Source: a virus (Duplodnaviria > Heunggongvirae > Uroviricota > Caudoviricetes). Taken from it: DNA of 64,000 bases. The translations under genes were made by a program, and so were the position numbers. Position 1 is the first letter of the stretch; every line of letters begins with the position of its first letter. Shown here piece after piece: positions 1-10,354 of this stretch. Below the pieces are notes generated by a model, which saw only the letters and a list, made by a program, of their open reading frames with translations, made no database searches and had not been told where the DNA came from. The stretch covers positions 77,903 through 141,902 of the IMG/VR virus record IMGVR_UViG_3300013121_000010; one strand, written 5' to 3'.

Positions 1-77
1 CAATACCTTTATCAGCGTTTTTTTGAATAAAGAAAAGTTCTACTTCTGTTGGTTTAATAACTACTGATGATTTTTTC

Positions 78-320
78 TTAGCCATTATCTCTATACTCCC
101 TTTGCGAATTACGCAAAATATCTGCTCTACCACTTTCTAAAAATCTGACATACATATTAAATACGTTATCATTTACTCGCCTTAACTGCCAATAATTTTT
201 ACCTTTATTTCTATCGAAAAAATTTAAAGGTTTATAAGAATCCCAAGGGTTAAAAAATTCACCTTGAGAATTCATATATATTAATTTTCTGCCATCATCT
301 TCAATTTTATACAATTCCAT
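78..320 (-). CDS. hypothetical protein
   Basis: ORF on the dominant coding strand, packed against its neighbours; no recognisable motif. Confidence 0.35.
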   Translation of the reverse strand: MELYKIEDDGRKLIYMNSQGEFFNPWDSYKPLNFFDRNKGKNYWQLRRVNDNVFNMYVRFLESGRADILRNSQREYRDNG

Positions 321-330
321 AAATACTTTA

Positions 331-669
331 TTAACTCCTACATGTAATTATAGTCATTTCTTGGTTTAAACAACCGTTTTCATCAACTTCTGATTTATTA
401 AAAATAATATCTTTATGCAAGCTTTCTTCTGTTACACCTGTATGAAATCCACCGTTGACAGTTGTTTTAAATGATTGGTCCCCGCAGTAATCACATTTAG
501 CAGTAACAATACTTACTATTTTAGCTTTAGGTTTAGTAATCCATAAATCAGCTAAAGATTTATTGCATTTTCTACATCTTATTATAAGATGCTCACCATT
601 ATCTAATTCTGTGTTTAATAACCCGCCATTAGGTAGATTATGTATCGGCGTGAAGTCTAAATTTTTCAT
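331..669 (-). CDS. hypothetical Cys-rich (CxxC..CxxC) protein
   Basis: CRKCNK...CDYCGD zinc-ribbon-like spacing. Confidence 0.35.
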   Translation of the reverse strand: MKNLDFTPIHNLPNGGLLNTELDNGEHLIIRCRKCNKSLADLWITKPKAKIVSIVTAKCDYCGDQSFKTTVNGGFHTGVTEESLHKDIIFNKSEVDENGCLNQEMTIITCRS

Positions 670-827
670 TGCAAAAATCTCTTATATTATTCTTAATTTC
701 ATCAAGATTAATTCTGTTTTGTGATGTTACTGTAAACGAAAAATGGTCAACTGAATCAGGTCTAAATTTATTTTCTGAAATATTCTCGAATTGCAGTAAA
801 TTTATTGTTATGTCAAGACTATACATC

Positions 828-1238
828 TTATATTGTTCCTTTTTCTATATAAGTTGAACGCTGTTCAGGTGTAGCACTCATAAGTTTTCTCATTTTATCT
901 TTTTCTGATTTAGACATTTTCTTCTTATTTTTTTCTAATGATGAAGCTGTCTTAAAACCACGCTCTGAAAGAACATCTTTCTTTTTATTTTTACTTTCTA
1001 AATGGTGTTTATAATCAGAACTAAACTTATTAGAATTTTCATCAGCTATTGCACCAACAGTTCTTCCTTTTATAATAAAACCTAAACCGCCAGTAACTAC
1101 CCTAAACAAAGATTTTTTCTTGCATTTAGGGCATTTTACTAGCGGTTCATCGGTTACTTTTTGAAATTCTTCAAGCGTATGCTCGCACTTCTTACACTCA
1201 TATTGATATATAGGCATATTACAATAGATACTCCACAA
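828..1238 (-). CDS. FmdB-family zinc-ribbon protein
   Basis: N-terminal YECKKCEH...CPKCKKK zinc ribbon typical of FmdB-like regulators. Confidence 0.45.
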   Translation of the reverse strand: MWSIYCNMPIYQYECKKCEHTLEEFQKVTDEPLVKCPKCKKKSLFRVVTGGLGFIIKGRTVGAIADENSNKFSSDYKHHLESKNKKKDVLSERGFKTASSLEKNKKKMSKSEKDKMRKLMSATPEQRSTYIEKGTI

Positions 1239-1914
1239 AAGGCTTCCATTCTTCCGGCATATTCTTCATGTGTTGCATATCCAAAAGCAGATGAAAAGTA
1301 CCTTGCTTAGGCGGTTTTGGTGTTTTATATTTAACCATAACACCATTCACCATTTTTTGTAGTGGCATGTAAATATGAATATCAGATTGTTCAGCCTTAT
1401 CTTTAGAATGAGCAAGGAAGAAGTTGTCCTTTTTTCTGTTGCATTTTCTACATGCTGTTACTACATTGCTCCAACAACTAGGTGAACTACTACCATTCCA
1501 CCTACTTCTAGGAACAACATGTTCAAGCTCTAAATCTACTCCAGGCTCACCACCTTTAGCTCCACAATACTGGCATGTAAAGTTATCTCTGCGAAAAATG
1601 TTAATTCTAGAGTAAGGAACCTTACGGTTACTTTGCTTACTTTGTCTTATATTCCTTATTACTGCTGGTATAAAGTGTTTACGTCCTCTACCATCAAGAA
1701 GATAATCTTCATAATAATCAATTACTTCTGCACTAGGACATACTTTAGTACCATGACACCTTATACAGTTTAAGCTATAGTTTTCTTCACAATCTGGACA
1801 AGAAGTATCTTTGTAAATACGTTTAAAAGATTCTTCCCATCCAATTATTGAAATTGGTGTCATATTAGCATTTAAAACTAAAGTTCTCTTATTAGGAATA
1901 ACGCGAGAAGTCAT
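1219..1914 (-). CDS. HNH endonuclease
   Basis: ELEHVVPRSRWNGSS...CRKCNRKK HNH motif with several CxxC pairs. Confidence 0.7.
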   Translation of the reverse strand: MTSRVIPNKRTLVLNANMTPISIIGWEESFKRIYKDTSCPDCEENYSLNCIRCHGTKVCPSAEVIDYYEDYLLDGRGRKHFIPAVIRNIRQSKQSNRKVPYSRINIFRRDNFTCQYCGAKGGEPGVDLELEHVVPRSRWNGSSSPSCWSNVVTACRKCNRKKDNFFLAHSKDKAEQSDIHIYMPLQKMVNGVMVKYKTPKPPKQGTFHLLLDMQHMKNMPEEWKPFVEYLL

Positions 1915-2635
1915 TTTTTACTGGTTCTTTCTTTTTTCGTCTTATTTCTATGATTTTTGACACAAGTGGATGACGGTTTACGTCATTAATATCTAGTTCT
2001 ATTATACCTATGCCGCTGATTTTGTCAAGGTCTGAACAAAAGTTTGACAAACCACCACTTACATCCCTACATAAATCTGTTTGTTCTGTATCACCAGAAA
2101 TAACCATTTTAGAACCATTCCCTAATCTAGTAAGTAACATTTCTAATTGTTCTTCCGAAGCATTTTGAGCTTCATCACAAATTATAAATGTATTCTCAAA
2201 AGTTCTACCTCTCATAAATTCAAGTGGGCATATTTCTATTACTTTTGAGGTTTGTAATTCATTAAGTTTCTGAGGCCCAATAAATTTATTGAACTCATCA
2301 TATAAAGGTCTTAAAAATGGACTCATCTTTTCATTTATATCACCAGGAAGATAACCAACAGCACTTCGACCTTTATTCTGTGATTGTCCAGCCTCTACCA
2401 AAGGTCTTGTAACCACTATTTTTTCTAATTTATTAGTCATTAGAAAATAAACAGCGGCACCTACAGAAACGCAGGTTTTGCCAGTTCCAGCCGGTCCAGT
2501 ACAAAAAACTATGTCATTTTCATATATAGACTTTAATAAATCTCTTTGGTTTTTACTTCTTGGTTTTATTTTTTGAAAGTTATGATTGGTATTATTAGAA
2601 TTTGCGTTTTGCTTTTTAGTTCTTTTTCTAGTCAT
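1892..2635 (-). CDS. phoH: PhoH-like ATPase
   Basis: Walker A GPAGTGKT, VVTRP and DEAQN motifs; typical phage PhoH length. Confidence 0.9.
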   Translation of the reverse strand: MTRKRTKKQNANSNNTNHNFQKIKPRSKNQRDLLKSIYENDIVFCTGPAGTGKTCVSVGAAVYFLMTNKLEKIVVTRPLVEAGQSQNKGRSAVGYLPGDINEKMSPFLRPLYDEFNKFIGPQKLNELQTSKVIEICPLEFMRGRTFENTFIICDEAQNASEEQLEMLLTRLGNGSKMVISGDTEQTDLCRDVSGGLSNFCSDLDKISGIGIIELDINDVNRHPLVSKIIEIRRKKKEPVKNDFSRYS

Positions 2636-3687
2636 GGTTGATTTTTAATTACTATTTTATTACCAGATTTTATTTTACGATTATGAGAATTGCTTTGCAC
2701 AAATATCTCATATCTATCTTTGTGTTTTTCTGGCAGCAACTTACATTCACTTGAATCAGGAAGTCCTAATAATTTCCTTGCTTGTTTTCCACCATATAAT
2801 TCTGTATTTTGTTTATCAAATATTAATATTTCTTTATTTGATTGAACAGTTTCAGGTTTTGTTAATTGATAAAATGCTAATCCAGCTTTATAAGGTCTTT
2901 TTGAAAATTGCTCTACAACTTCATTTATTTTACAATCTATCCTACAAGTAAATATACCATAAAGATGTGATAAATCATCTAATTTTTGTTGTATTTCTTT
3001 AGAATTAATGTTACTTAAATCTGGTTGAACATAAAACTTTCGTGTATTACTTACACCATAATTATTTACTGAACTATAAAAAGAATTAAGTCCTACAGAT
3101 GTTTGGTACTTTACAAATTCTACACCATCATTAGTTTGTTCCCATGCTAATATATTATCTCTGTCAACACCATATATTTCTAAGAATTCAATACCTGATT
3201 TTGGGCATTGAAATATAAGTGTGGTTTTAGAATTTTTACAATTAACAACTTCTTTAATTTGTTGAGAAAACAAACTTTTATAACGTTCTGAAGAACTATT
3301 TTCTGCTCCATCAGTTAAAACCATAACAACATGAATATCATCTTTATAAGCAGATGAAATCATCTTAATTCTATTAAGAACATTATAGGTAGCTGATATG
3401 ATAGCTGTTGAAGGACCATTAGCAATATACTTATTTTTAACATATTTAGCGTCGGAAACTAAACCTTCATAAACTTTTTGAGTTAAAAATTCAGAAGAAA
3501 AGAATGTGACTTCTAGTATATTATCTAAATTATCAGAAGCATGTTCATTAATTAAAGAATCTATTAATTCTTTTATTTTAGATTCTAAACCGTAATTTTT
3601 AATAGACATACTTTTATCAACCACTAAATGCAACCACTTTTTAATATTTTTTTTACTCATAATACTTACTCCATAACTCTTCTTCAT
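2632..3687 (-). CDS. von Willebrand factor A (vWA) domain protein
   Basis: VVMVLTDGAENSS MIDAS-like vWA signature. Confidence 0.5.
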   Translation of the reverse strand: MKKSYGVSIMSKKNIKKWLHLVVDKSMSIKNYGLESKIKELIDSLINEHASDNLDNILEVTFFSSEFLTQKVYEGLVSDAKYVKNKYIANGPSTAIISATYNVLNRIKMISSAYKDDIHVVMVLTDGAENSSSERYKSLFSQQIKEVVNCKNSKTTLIFQCPKSGIEFLEIYGVDRDNILAWEQTNDGVEFVKYQTSVGLNSFYSSVNNYGVSNTRKFYVQPDLSNINSKEIQQKLDDLSHLYGIFTCRIDCKINEVVEQFSKRPYKAGLAFYQLTKPETVQSNKEILIFDKQNTELYGGKQARKLLGLPDSSECKLLPEKHKDRYEIFVQSNSHNRKIKSGNKIVIKNQP

Positions 3688-4036
3688 TTTTATCTAAATG
3701 TTTTTCATATAGCCATATTAAAGCAAATAAATCGTCGGCATCACGACCTATATCTGTTTCTATGCTTATTTTAATATAAAATTATATGTCCCACCAAAAG
3801 CTTTTAAATCAACTTCTTTTATTTCTTCGACTCTAAGTATATTATTTTCATCTTTATAAATTGAAAACATATAAATTGAATTTAAATTACTGAAACTCAT
3901 AAGTTATATTATCCTGTGTTTGTTCCTCTGTTTCAAAATAATCATTGACTCTTTCTGAGAAAATTAATCCGTCCCTAAAATACTTTATATTATTTTCATT
4001 AAAAGAAGTGAATGTAATAAATTTTTTATATTCATT

Positions 4037-4318
4037 TTATTTAATATCCTCTGTAAACAAACTTAGTAGACCTAAAACAGAATTAACTTTATATTTACTA
4101 AAATCAAATCCATTTTTAAAATTACAATTTGGGCAAGTAAAATTACCAGAACATATACAAAGACTATCAGTTACTAAACAATAACAGTTAATACATGCTA
4201 ATGTACTTATACAACCTGTATTATTTATTCTTGCACTATAAACAGAATTATTATACTCTTTAGCCTGTTCTTTGTTATATCCTACGTTTTTAAACGTTAG
4301 CATTTTGAATATCCGCAA
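4037..4318 (-). CDS. small Cys-rich hypothetical protein
   Basis: Many CxxC pairs; overlaps the 3-prime end of the RNR gene so may be spurious. Confidence 0.2.
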   Translation of the reverse strand: MRIFKMLTFKNVGYNKEQAKEYNNSVYSARINNTGCISTLACINCYCLVTDSLCICSGNFTCPNCNFKNGFDFSKYKVNSVLGLLSLFTEDIK

Positions 4319-7300
4319 TTTTTACAGGTTACACAGCCTTCCTGTCTCACCATACTTTCAGCACCACATTCAGGACATTTTTCCTTTACTATAGTGTCGT
4401 CTGGAATATGCTTTTTAAGAACTCTAGCAATAGCCTTACTAAAACTAGAAATATTACCAGAAACCTTTTCTAACTGTAATACAATTTCATGTAATTCTGT
4501 TCCAGAACGTAAGAGTAATGATGTTAAACGTGTTACAGCTTCTTCTTCTTCATTACACGTTACTGTTATTGGTGCTAAGTAAATTTCTTTAGTGTCGTCA
4601 GCAGCTACTAGATGATAGTGTCCGCCACGCTTCTTTACTATTTTAGCATTTTTTATAGATTTGTCAAGAACACCGTTCTTACCAGCAAAAACCTCATAGA
4701 TTTTATTGTTTAAAATACCAAGCAAGACAAAGTACTGTGTTCCTTTAACTGTAACGTGATGAACTTCACAATCTAAAGCTTTAGGTCTGATGACTTCTTG
4801 AGGTTTTTTAATTTCACTAGACTTTTCTGCTGTTAATACGCCAGTTCTACAACCATCACGGTAAACAGTAATACCTTTAATAGTACCAGTTTTCCATGCG
4901 GTTTCATAAATAGTAGCTACTTCTTCTACACTTACATTATTAGGTAAGTTAATAGTAGAGGAAATACTATGGTCAACATGCTTACCAGCTAAAGCCTGTA
5001 ATTCTACACGCTTACGCCAATTTATATCATTTGCACAAGCTCCGTAATATGGTGATTTTGTAATGTCAGTTTCACCAGTAATTCTCATCCATTCTTTTAA
5101 TTTTGGATGATAAACTGGGAATTCCATCCACATATCACCATTTTGGTCAGTAAAATCACATCTAAAGTTTTCATCTTGTAAATTACCCTTCTTTTTTCTA
5201 AAATAATGAGTCATAAATACAGGTTCAATACCGGATGTAGTTTGAGTTAAAATACTAACTGTGCCAGCCGGAGAGGTTGTTAGTAAAGCTATATTGCGAC
5301 GACCATATTTTTTCATCGCGTTAAGTATATCTTTACCATATAAAGTTAAATCTTCATCTATTATTAAAGATTCATCTTCCATCCTCTTTAAGAATTCACA
5401 ATCCTTTTCAAGTTCATAGTTAAATACAGGAAATGGACCTAATTCTTTTGCCATTTCAATAGATGAAAGATAACAACCAAACTTTAATGTTTTATAAATT
5501 TTTTCAACAGTCTGTAAAGACTCATCTGAATCATATTTAAATCCACACGCAGCTATAGCGTCACCAAGAGCGGTTATTCCAGTTCCCGTCCTTCTACCTA
5601 ATTCACAATACTTTTTAATATTTTGCCACAGTTCTATTTCTCTTTGCTTTATATTTAATGGTTCTGGGTCATTTTCTATTTTATTTAGAATTCTATCTAT
5701 AGATTCTATTTCTAAATCTATTAAGTCATCCATTAAACGTTGTGCAATTATAGCATGTGATAAAAATTTCTTATAGTTAAATTTAGCATTTGCAGTAAAC
5801 GGATTGTCTACATAAGAGTATAAATTCAACAGTAATAATCTGCAAGAATCATAAATAGATAGACAAATTTCGCCACAATTTGAAACATCACAACCATTGG
5901 ACCAATATGAATTACTTTTATTATCAACTGTAATATCAAAAACCTCTTCTGTTGAAGAATATTCAGATGATTTTATATCAAAAGTTTTAAGTTCTGTTTC
6001 AGAAATAAAAATGTTTATTGTTTTAGCATATTGAGCTTCAACCTTTGTATTTTTATCATCAACAACTAATCTATGATTTTTAGTACAATAAACACAACCG
6101 GCAGTTGTAGAGTATTTATATACATCTTTAACTCCATTAGACCATTTATTTAAAACTTTAGTCCAACCTTCCTTACTCCAAATATAATCACCTATATTAA
6201 TATCAGAAAGGTTTTTAATACCACTTTCGGTTAAAATTTTAGTATGTCCAGGTTGACAAGGGTTCAGAGATTCAGTCTTAAATCCAAAAGCTGCATAACA
6301 ATCAGGTAAAGAATTTCTTAAAATAGTATCCCAGAATACTAATCCTGGTTCAGCCATTTCGTGAGCATTCTTAATAATAGCTTTCCATACTTCCTTTGCT
6401 TTTGTTTTTTTAGATATTTTAGGTGTTTTACTATCTACAGGGAAACGAAGTTCATAATCTTCATCGTTTTGTACAGCATTCAAAAATTCATCTGATAAAC
6501 GCAAGGAAATGTTAGCACCAGTCACCTTAGTTCTATCATTTTTAACAGTAGTAAAATCTAATACTTGAGGGTGATGAACATCTAATGTTAATAACATAGC
6601 ACCCCTTCTTCCATACTGACCTACTTCTCTAATAGAATTAGAATATCTTTCCATAAAAGAAAGAATACCGGTAGAAGTTCTGGAAGAATTTTTAGTAGGG
6701 CTACCTTCTGGTCTTAAATTAGAAATATCAATACCAATTCCACCACGCCTTTTACTTACATGGCTAAGCTGTTCATCTGTATGATGTATCCCACCATAGC
6801 TGTCTGCGGGGGAATTTATAACAAAACAATTTAGGCTTATCAAACCTTCTACATTATAAGAGTGGGTGTTTGAAATGCCTAACGTATAAACATATTCTTC
6901 GTTATATTTTATTTTTTCTTTTTCGTTAATTCTTACATAAATTATACCATCTATTTCTATGCTATATTGATGTTTGTTTTTAGATTCGTAATTTAACCTA
7001 TCGTCAAAATAATTTTTCTTGCAGAATTTTTTCAGATATGAATTATTAGTAAAACTTAATCTTGAATAATCTCCTGGTGGCAAACCATGTGTTATACAAG
7101 CTAGTATTCCGTGACTTCTTAGTAAATGATAGAAGCTTTCTATTAAATTACGATTATTTAAAACTACTCTTGTTGAACCACCAGAAGTTACGCAACCATC
7201 AGATTCTATTAAGCCAATTAATAGATTTTCAATTAGTTTTTTAGGCCAACTGTAAATATCATTATTTAGTCTCTTACCATTACAACCTCTACCAAATAAT

Positions 7301-8349
7301 TTATCAAATGTATAACCTATAATACCAGAGTGGAAAACTATTTGTGTAGAACCATCTATTTTAGTATTATCATTTATATCAGGTATTAAACCAAATAAAC
7401 TTGAACCATAATTAGAAACAAACTTGATTATTTCTTCTTCTTTGCTATTAAAGGTAAAAGTTATTCCTCTAATCTTATCTTTTGTTTTTGAGTCAGAAAA
7501 TATACATCCATCACCATACCATAAACCTAAAAATCTAGCAAAGTTTTCGTCAACTTTCCAGTTAGAATTAACCTCTTTGTGTTTCTTTTTATGATTTGGT
7601 TTGTAACAGTAAATAAGGTTAATTTTGTTTTCATCATAGTTTTTATTTACAATATAACTATAATCGCCATAAGTTAAATAATTACCAAATAATTCGTTTA
7701 AATTTATATCTTTGATTATTCCAACATCATTCCTTTTTGGAATAGCAATATAATCACCAGACCTTAAATACTCTACAGTATTCCAAGAAGGTTTTTCTCC
7801 CCACTTTAATTGTTCTTTGCTTATAGATAAAAATTTATGGTTATCGGTTACTTTAATTTCTGGTGTACCAAAACACTTTAATTTAAAGACTGTTCTATTA
7901 GAAAGCTTATTTTTATGTATTTGTTCTACATTTTCAACAGTACCTTTATGTGTAACAACCTTATCTCCAATAGATACATCACATATTTTTTTGACACCGC
8001 TATTTACAGTGAACACATTAGTGTCTTTATCAAAACAATTCGACAAACTTACATATTGATGTGGGTTTCCTATCCCATACATAGGCGAACCTTGTGGAAC
8101 AATATACTTGAAGTCTTTAAGTAAATTAAAAATATCCCCTTCTGATAGTGGCTCACTAAATTTCTTTGCTTCAATTCTAGCAAATTCTTTAGCAATACGA
8201 CTATGCATATCATCAGGGGTTTTTTCTAAAATATTACCTTCATTATCTCTTAATGCATATTTATCAACAAATACTTTAGCAGGTAATTCTTCGCCATTAA
8301 AATAAGAAAGAGACGCTTGAAGCGTCTCATCGTAGGTGTAAATTTTCAT
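4297..8349 (-). CDS. nrdJ: ribonucleotide reductase, class II-like (NrdJ-type), interrupted by two inteins
   Basis: 1350 aa; NPC...GEI catalytic-cysteine motif split by an insertion; C-terminal CPECG...CVTCKNCG zinc finger typical of monomeric class II RNR; two Hint-domain insertions. Confidence 0.8.
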   Translation of the reverse strand: MKIYTYDETLQASLSYFNGEELPAKVFVDKYALRDNEGNILEKTPDDMHSRIAKEFARIEAKKFSEPLSEGDIFNLLKDFKYIVPQGSPMYGIGNPHQYVSLSNCFDKDTNVFTVNSGVKKICDVSIGDKVVTHKGTVENVEQIHKNKLSNRTVFKLKCFGTPEIKVTDNHKFLSISKEQLKWGEKPSWNTVEYLRSGDYIAIPKRNDVGIIKDINLNELFGNYLTYGDYSYIVNKNYDENKINLIYCYKPNHKKKHKEVNSNWKVDENFARFLGLWYGDGCIFSDSKTKDKIRGITFTFNSKEEEIIKFVSNYGSSLFGLIPDINDNTKIDGSTQIVFHSGIIGYTFDKLFGRGCNGKRLNNDIYSWPKKLIENLLIGLIESDGCVTSGGSTRVVLNNRNLIESFYHLLRSHGILACITHGLPPGDYSRLSFTNNSYLKKFCKKNYFDDRLNYESKNKHQYSIEIDGIIYVRINEKEKIKYNEEYVYTLGISNTHSYNVEGLISLNCFVINSPADSYGGIHHTDEQLSHVSKRRGGIGIDISNLRPEGSPTKNSSRTSTGILSFMERYSNSIREVGQYGRRGAMLLTLDVHHPQVLDFTTVKNDRTKVTGANISLRLSDEFLNAVQNDEDYELRFPVDSKTPKISKKTKAKEVWKAIIKNAHEMAEPGLVFWDTILRNSLPDCYAAFGFKTESLNPCQPGHTKILTESGIKNLSDINIGDYIWSKEGWTKVLNKWSNGVKDVYKYSTTAGCVYCTKNHRLVVDDKNTKVEAQYAKTINIFISETELKTFDIKSSEYSSTEEVFDITVDNKSNSYWSNGCDVSNCGEICLSIYDSCRLLLLNLYSYVDNPFTANAKFNYKKFLSHAIIAQRLMDDLIDLEIESIDRILNKIENDPEPLNIKQREIELWQNIKKYCELGRRTGTGITALGDAIAACGFKYDSDESLQTVEKIYKTLKFGCYLSSIEMAKELGPFPVFNYELEKDCEFLKRMEDESLIIDEDLTLYGKDILNAMKKYGRRNIALLTTSPAGTVSILTQTTSGIEPVFMTHYFRKKKGNLQDENFRCDFTDQNGDMWMEFPVYHPKLKEWMRITGETDITKSPYYGACANDINWRKRVELQALAGKHVDHSISSTINLPNNVSVEEVATIYETAWKTGTIKGITVYRDGCRTGVLTAEKSSEIKKPQEVIRPKALDCEVHHVTVKGTQYFVLLGILNNKIYEVFAGKNGVLDKSIKNAKIVKKRGGHYHLVAADDTKEIYLAPITVTCNEEEEAVTRLTSLLLRSGTELHEIVLQLEKVSGNISSFSKAIARVLKKHIPDDTIVKEKCPECGAESMVRQEGCVTCKNCGYSKC
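5878..6258 (-). mobile_element. mini-intein 2 in RNR (about 127 aa) inserted at the NPC/GEI active-site motif
   Basis: Extein NP + C...VSN + CGEI restores the NPCGEI motif once the insertion is removed. Confidence 0.6.
6829..8037 (-). mobile_element. intein 1 in RNR (about 403 aa) with a LAGLIDADG homing-endonuclease domain
   Basis: Starts CFDKDTNVF (Hint block A) and ends ...ISLN followed by Cys; two LAGLIDADG-like motifs LGLWYGDGC and LIGLIESDGC. Confidence 0.65.
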
Positions 8350-8373
8350 CGTCTCAATCTCTTATATTATCTT

Positions 8374-8571
8374 TTACTTATTTTTAACATTCCTATGTGA
8401 TGAGCTAAGAGCATGATATTTTTCAGCTAGTTCTAAACCAGTATCAGCTTCTATATATCTATATGATATAATTTCGTCTGTTCTATGATGACGAATAGCA
8501 ACATTCATAGCAAACTTTTTTCCTTGTGGTTTAAATAGGTCCGCATTCAATTCTCTAAAAGGTACTGACAT
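8374..8571 (-). CDS. hypothetical protein
   Basis: ORF only. Confidence 0.3.
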   Translation of the reverse strand: MSVPFRELNADLFKPQGKKFAMNVAIRHHRTDEIISYRYIEADTGLELAEKYHALSSSHRNVKNK

Positions 8572-9040
8572 TTCTTAAATTAACTCCACATTCCTCTAAT
8601 AAAATACGAGATTTTTTAATTTCTTCTGCATATTTTATTGATTTACTAACATCTAACTCTTTATAAACTATTTCCTTAATCCCAGCTTGTACAATAGAAC
8701 AAGCACAACTCATACATGGTAAACCATGCAAATACATAATAGAATTTAAAAGACTGACACCGTTACGAGAAGCATTGCAAATAGCATTTTGTTCGGCGTG
8801 AATAATCCAGTTGTATTTTTCTGGTCTTTCTAATCGCTCTGGAACATTATCTCTAAGACCTCTTGGGAAAGAGTTATATCCGGTTGTCTTAATTTCTTTA
8901 CCTTCACCAATAATAATACACCCAACTTTAGTATGTGGGTCTTTACTTTTTGATGCGATTAATGGTAATAAGTCAAAAAAATATTCATCCCAACTTTTAT
9001 TATTTATCATGGTAGAATAATTTCTGATGGTGGCCCGCAA
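8555..9040 (-). CDS. dCMP deaminase
   Basis: HAEQNAI...PCMSCA zinc-binding CMP/dCMP deaminase motifs. Confidence 0.85.
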   Translation of the reverse strand: MRATIRNYSTMINNKSWDEYFFDLLPLIASKSKDPHTKVGCIIIGEGKEIKTTGYNSFPRGLRDNVPERLERPEKYNWIIHAEQNAICNASRNGVSLLNSIMYLHGLPCMSCACSIVQAGIKEIVYKELDVSKSIKYAEEIKKSRILLEECGVNLRNVSTF

Positions 9041-9210
9041 GCTATTTGAATTTCCTCTTGTTTTTCTTCACTACATTCACAAATTACAATTCTAGCAATA
9101 GCTTTTACTTCCTTACCATTTTCATCTTTAAATCTAGCAGATTTTGGCAAAATATAATCAATTGTATATTCACCGCGACCATTACACTTTTTACATTTAT
9201 TCTTGTTCAT
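9007..9210 (-). CDS. small zinc-ribbon protein
   Basis: CKKCNGRG...CEC. Confidence 0.35.
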   Translation of the reverse strand: MNKNKCKKCNGRGEYTIDYILPKSARFKDENGKEVKAIARIVICECSEEKQEEIQIACGPPSEIILP

Positions 9211-9433
9211 TTGTTTGTATATTCCTTATATTATCTTCTGGAACACCATGATTCTCAAAATCACTATATACAACACCAAGCAAAGATGTTCCGTCTTTTA
9301 ATAGAATATCACAATATCCATCTTCATACTTACTAATCTTCTCTGCTTCAATATATGTTTCAGAACCAATTTGTCTAATAACGCCATTATTGTCATAAAG
9401 CTCTAAATTGTATAATGCTCTAATTCTCTTCAT
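9197..9433 (-). CDS. hypothetical protein
   Basis: ORF only. Confidence 0.35.
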   Translation of the reverse strand: MKRIRALYNLELYDNNGVIRQIGSETYIEAEKISKYEDGYCDILLKDGTSLLGVVYSDFENHGVPEDNIRNIQTNEQE

Positions 9434-9450
9434 TTTATTTTTACCTTTTA

Positions 9451-9729
9451 TTAATTACAATTACAATCAGATGAAAAAGATGATTTACCAATATTTGCAT
9501 CTTTCCAAATTTCAAAATCATCCTTATTTAATTCAAATAATGAATCATCTTCAAATAATACTTCATGGAAACCATTTGAATCTACTAAAGTAACTTCTTT
9601 TATTAAATGGATAGAACCATATTCAAGATTTTTTTCTATATTGTTTATTACTATTCTAGAATCTTCTATAATAGGAATTATACCGACTATTTTTTGATTT
9701 TTAAGTGAACGTAATTTCATTTCTAGCAA
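9451..9729 (-). CDS. hypothetical protein
   Basis: ORF only. Confidence 0.35.
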   Translation of the reverse strand: MLEMKLRSLKNQKIVGIIPIIEDSRIVINNIEKNLEYGSIHLIKEVTLVDSNGFHEVLFEDDSLFELNKDDFEIWKDANIGKSSFSSDCNCN

Positions 9730-10064
9730 AGTTTATATATTAATTCAAAACCAATTTCACTATTATCTATATCTATTCCATTTTCTTGTAAACGTTTTAA
9801 TAATGATGTTTTAGCTTCCTCTAATTCAGATGGTATAAAATCACAACTATCGTAATCTCCTGATATAGAACAAAATACTTCTTCTAAACATTCATAATCT
9901 TTATTATATTTCAAATTTAAGTTTTCTAAAAGTTTTTCAAATTCTTCTTGATTTAAACACTTATGAGAAGAACCTATAAAGAAAGTTTTTTCTGTTAGTG
10001 AGGTTTTTTCTTTAATATAAACATCAACAGACAACTGTATATTTGATATAAAATCAATGCTCAT
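9723..10064 (-). CDS. hypothetical acidic protein
   Basis: ORF only. Confidence 0.35.
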   Translation of the reverse strand: MSIDFISNIQLSVDVYIKEKTSLTEKTFFIGSSHKCLNQEEFEKLLENLNLKYNKDYECLEEVFCSISGDYDSCDFIPSELEEAKTSLLKRLQENGIDIDNSEIGFELIYKLC

Positions 10065-10077
10065 AATTATTTTCCTT

Positions 10078-10150
10078 AGTACCGAAACTGAGAATCGAAC
10101 TCAGACTAAAAGCGTATGAAACTTCTGTACTACCTTTATACTATTTCGGC
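10078..10150 (-). tRNA. tRNA, anticodon CAT (Met/Ile2 type)
   Basis: Acceptor GCCGAAA/TTTCGG(T); T-arm CTGAG-TTCGATT-CTCAG; anticodon loop TTCATAC; folded by eye. Confidence 0.5.
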
Positions 10151-10242
10151 ATAAACCTAACATTTTACCGTTAAACTACCAACCACTTTCGCAGTCAGGT
10201 GAGACTCGAACTCCACATCTTTAGGGCATTTTAATTTTAAGG

Positions 10243-10313
10243 AGCCAGATACGAGAATCGAACTCGTATTCTTAACGTACCAAGTTAATGTACTACCATT
10301 GTACTAATCCGGC
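10243..10313 (-). tRNA. tRNA-Thr (GGT)
   Basis: Acceptor GCCGGAT/ATCTGGC; D stem GTAC; anticodon stem TTAAC/GTTAA with loop TTGGTAC; T-arm ACGAG-TTCGATT-CTCGT. Confidence 0.6.
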
Positions 10314-10325
10314 GATTGTACTTAA

Positions 10326-10354
10326 ATTATACCACATGTTAAGTGACTTGTCAA
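10326..10354 (-). promoter_or_regulatory. sigma70-like promoter TTGACA-17-TATAAT (minus strand) upstream of the tRNA-Thr cluster
   Basis: Reverse complement reads TTGACAagtcacttaacatgtggTATAAT. Confidence 0.55.
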
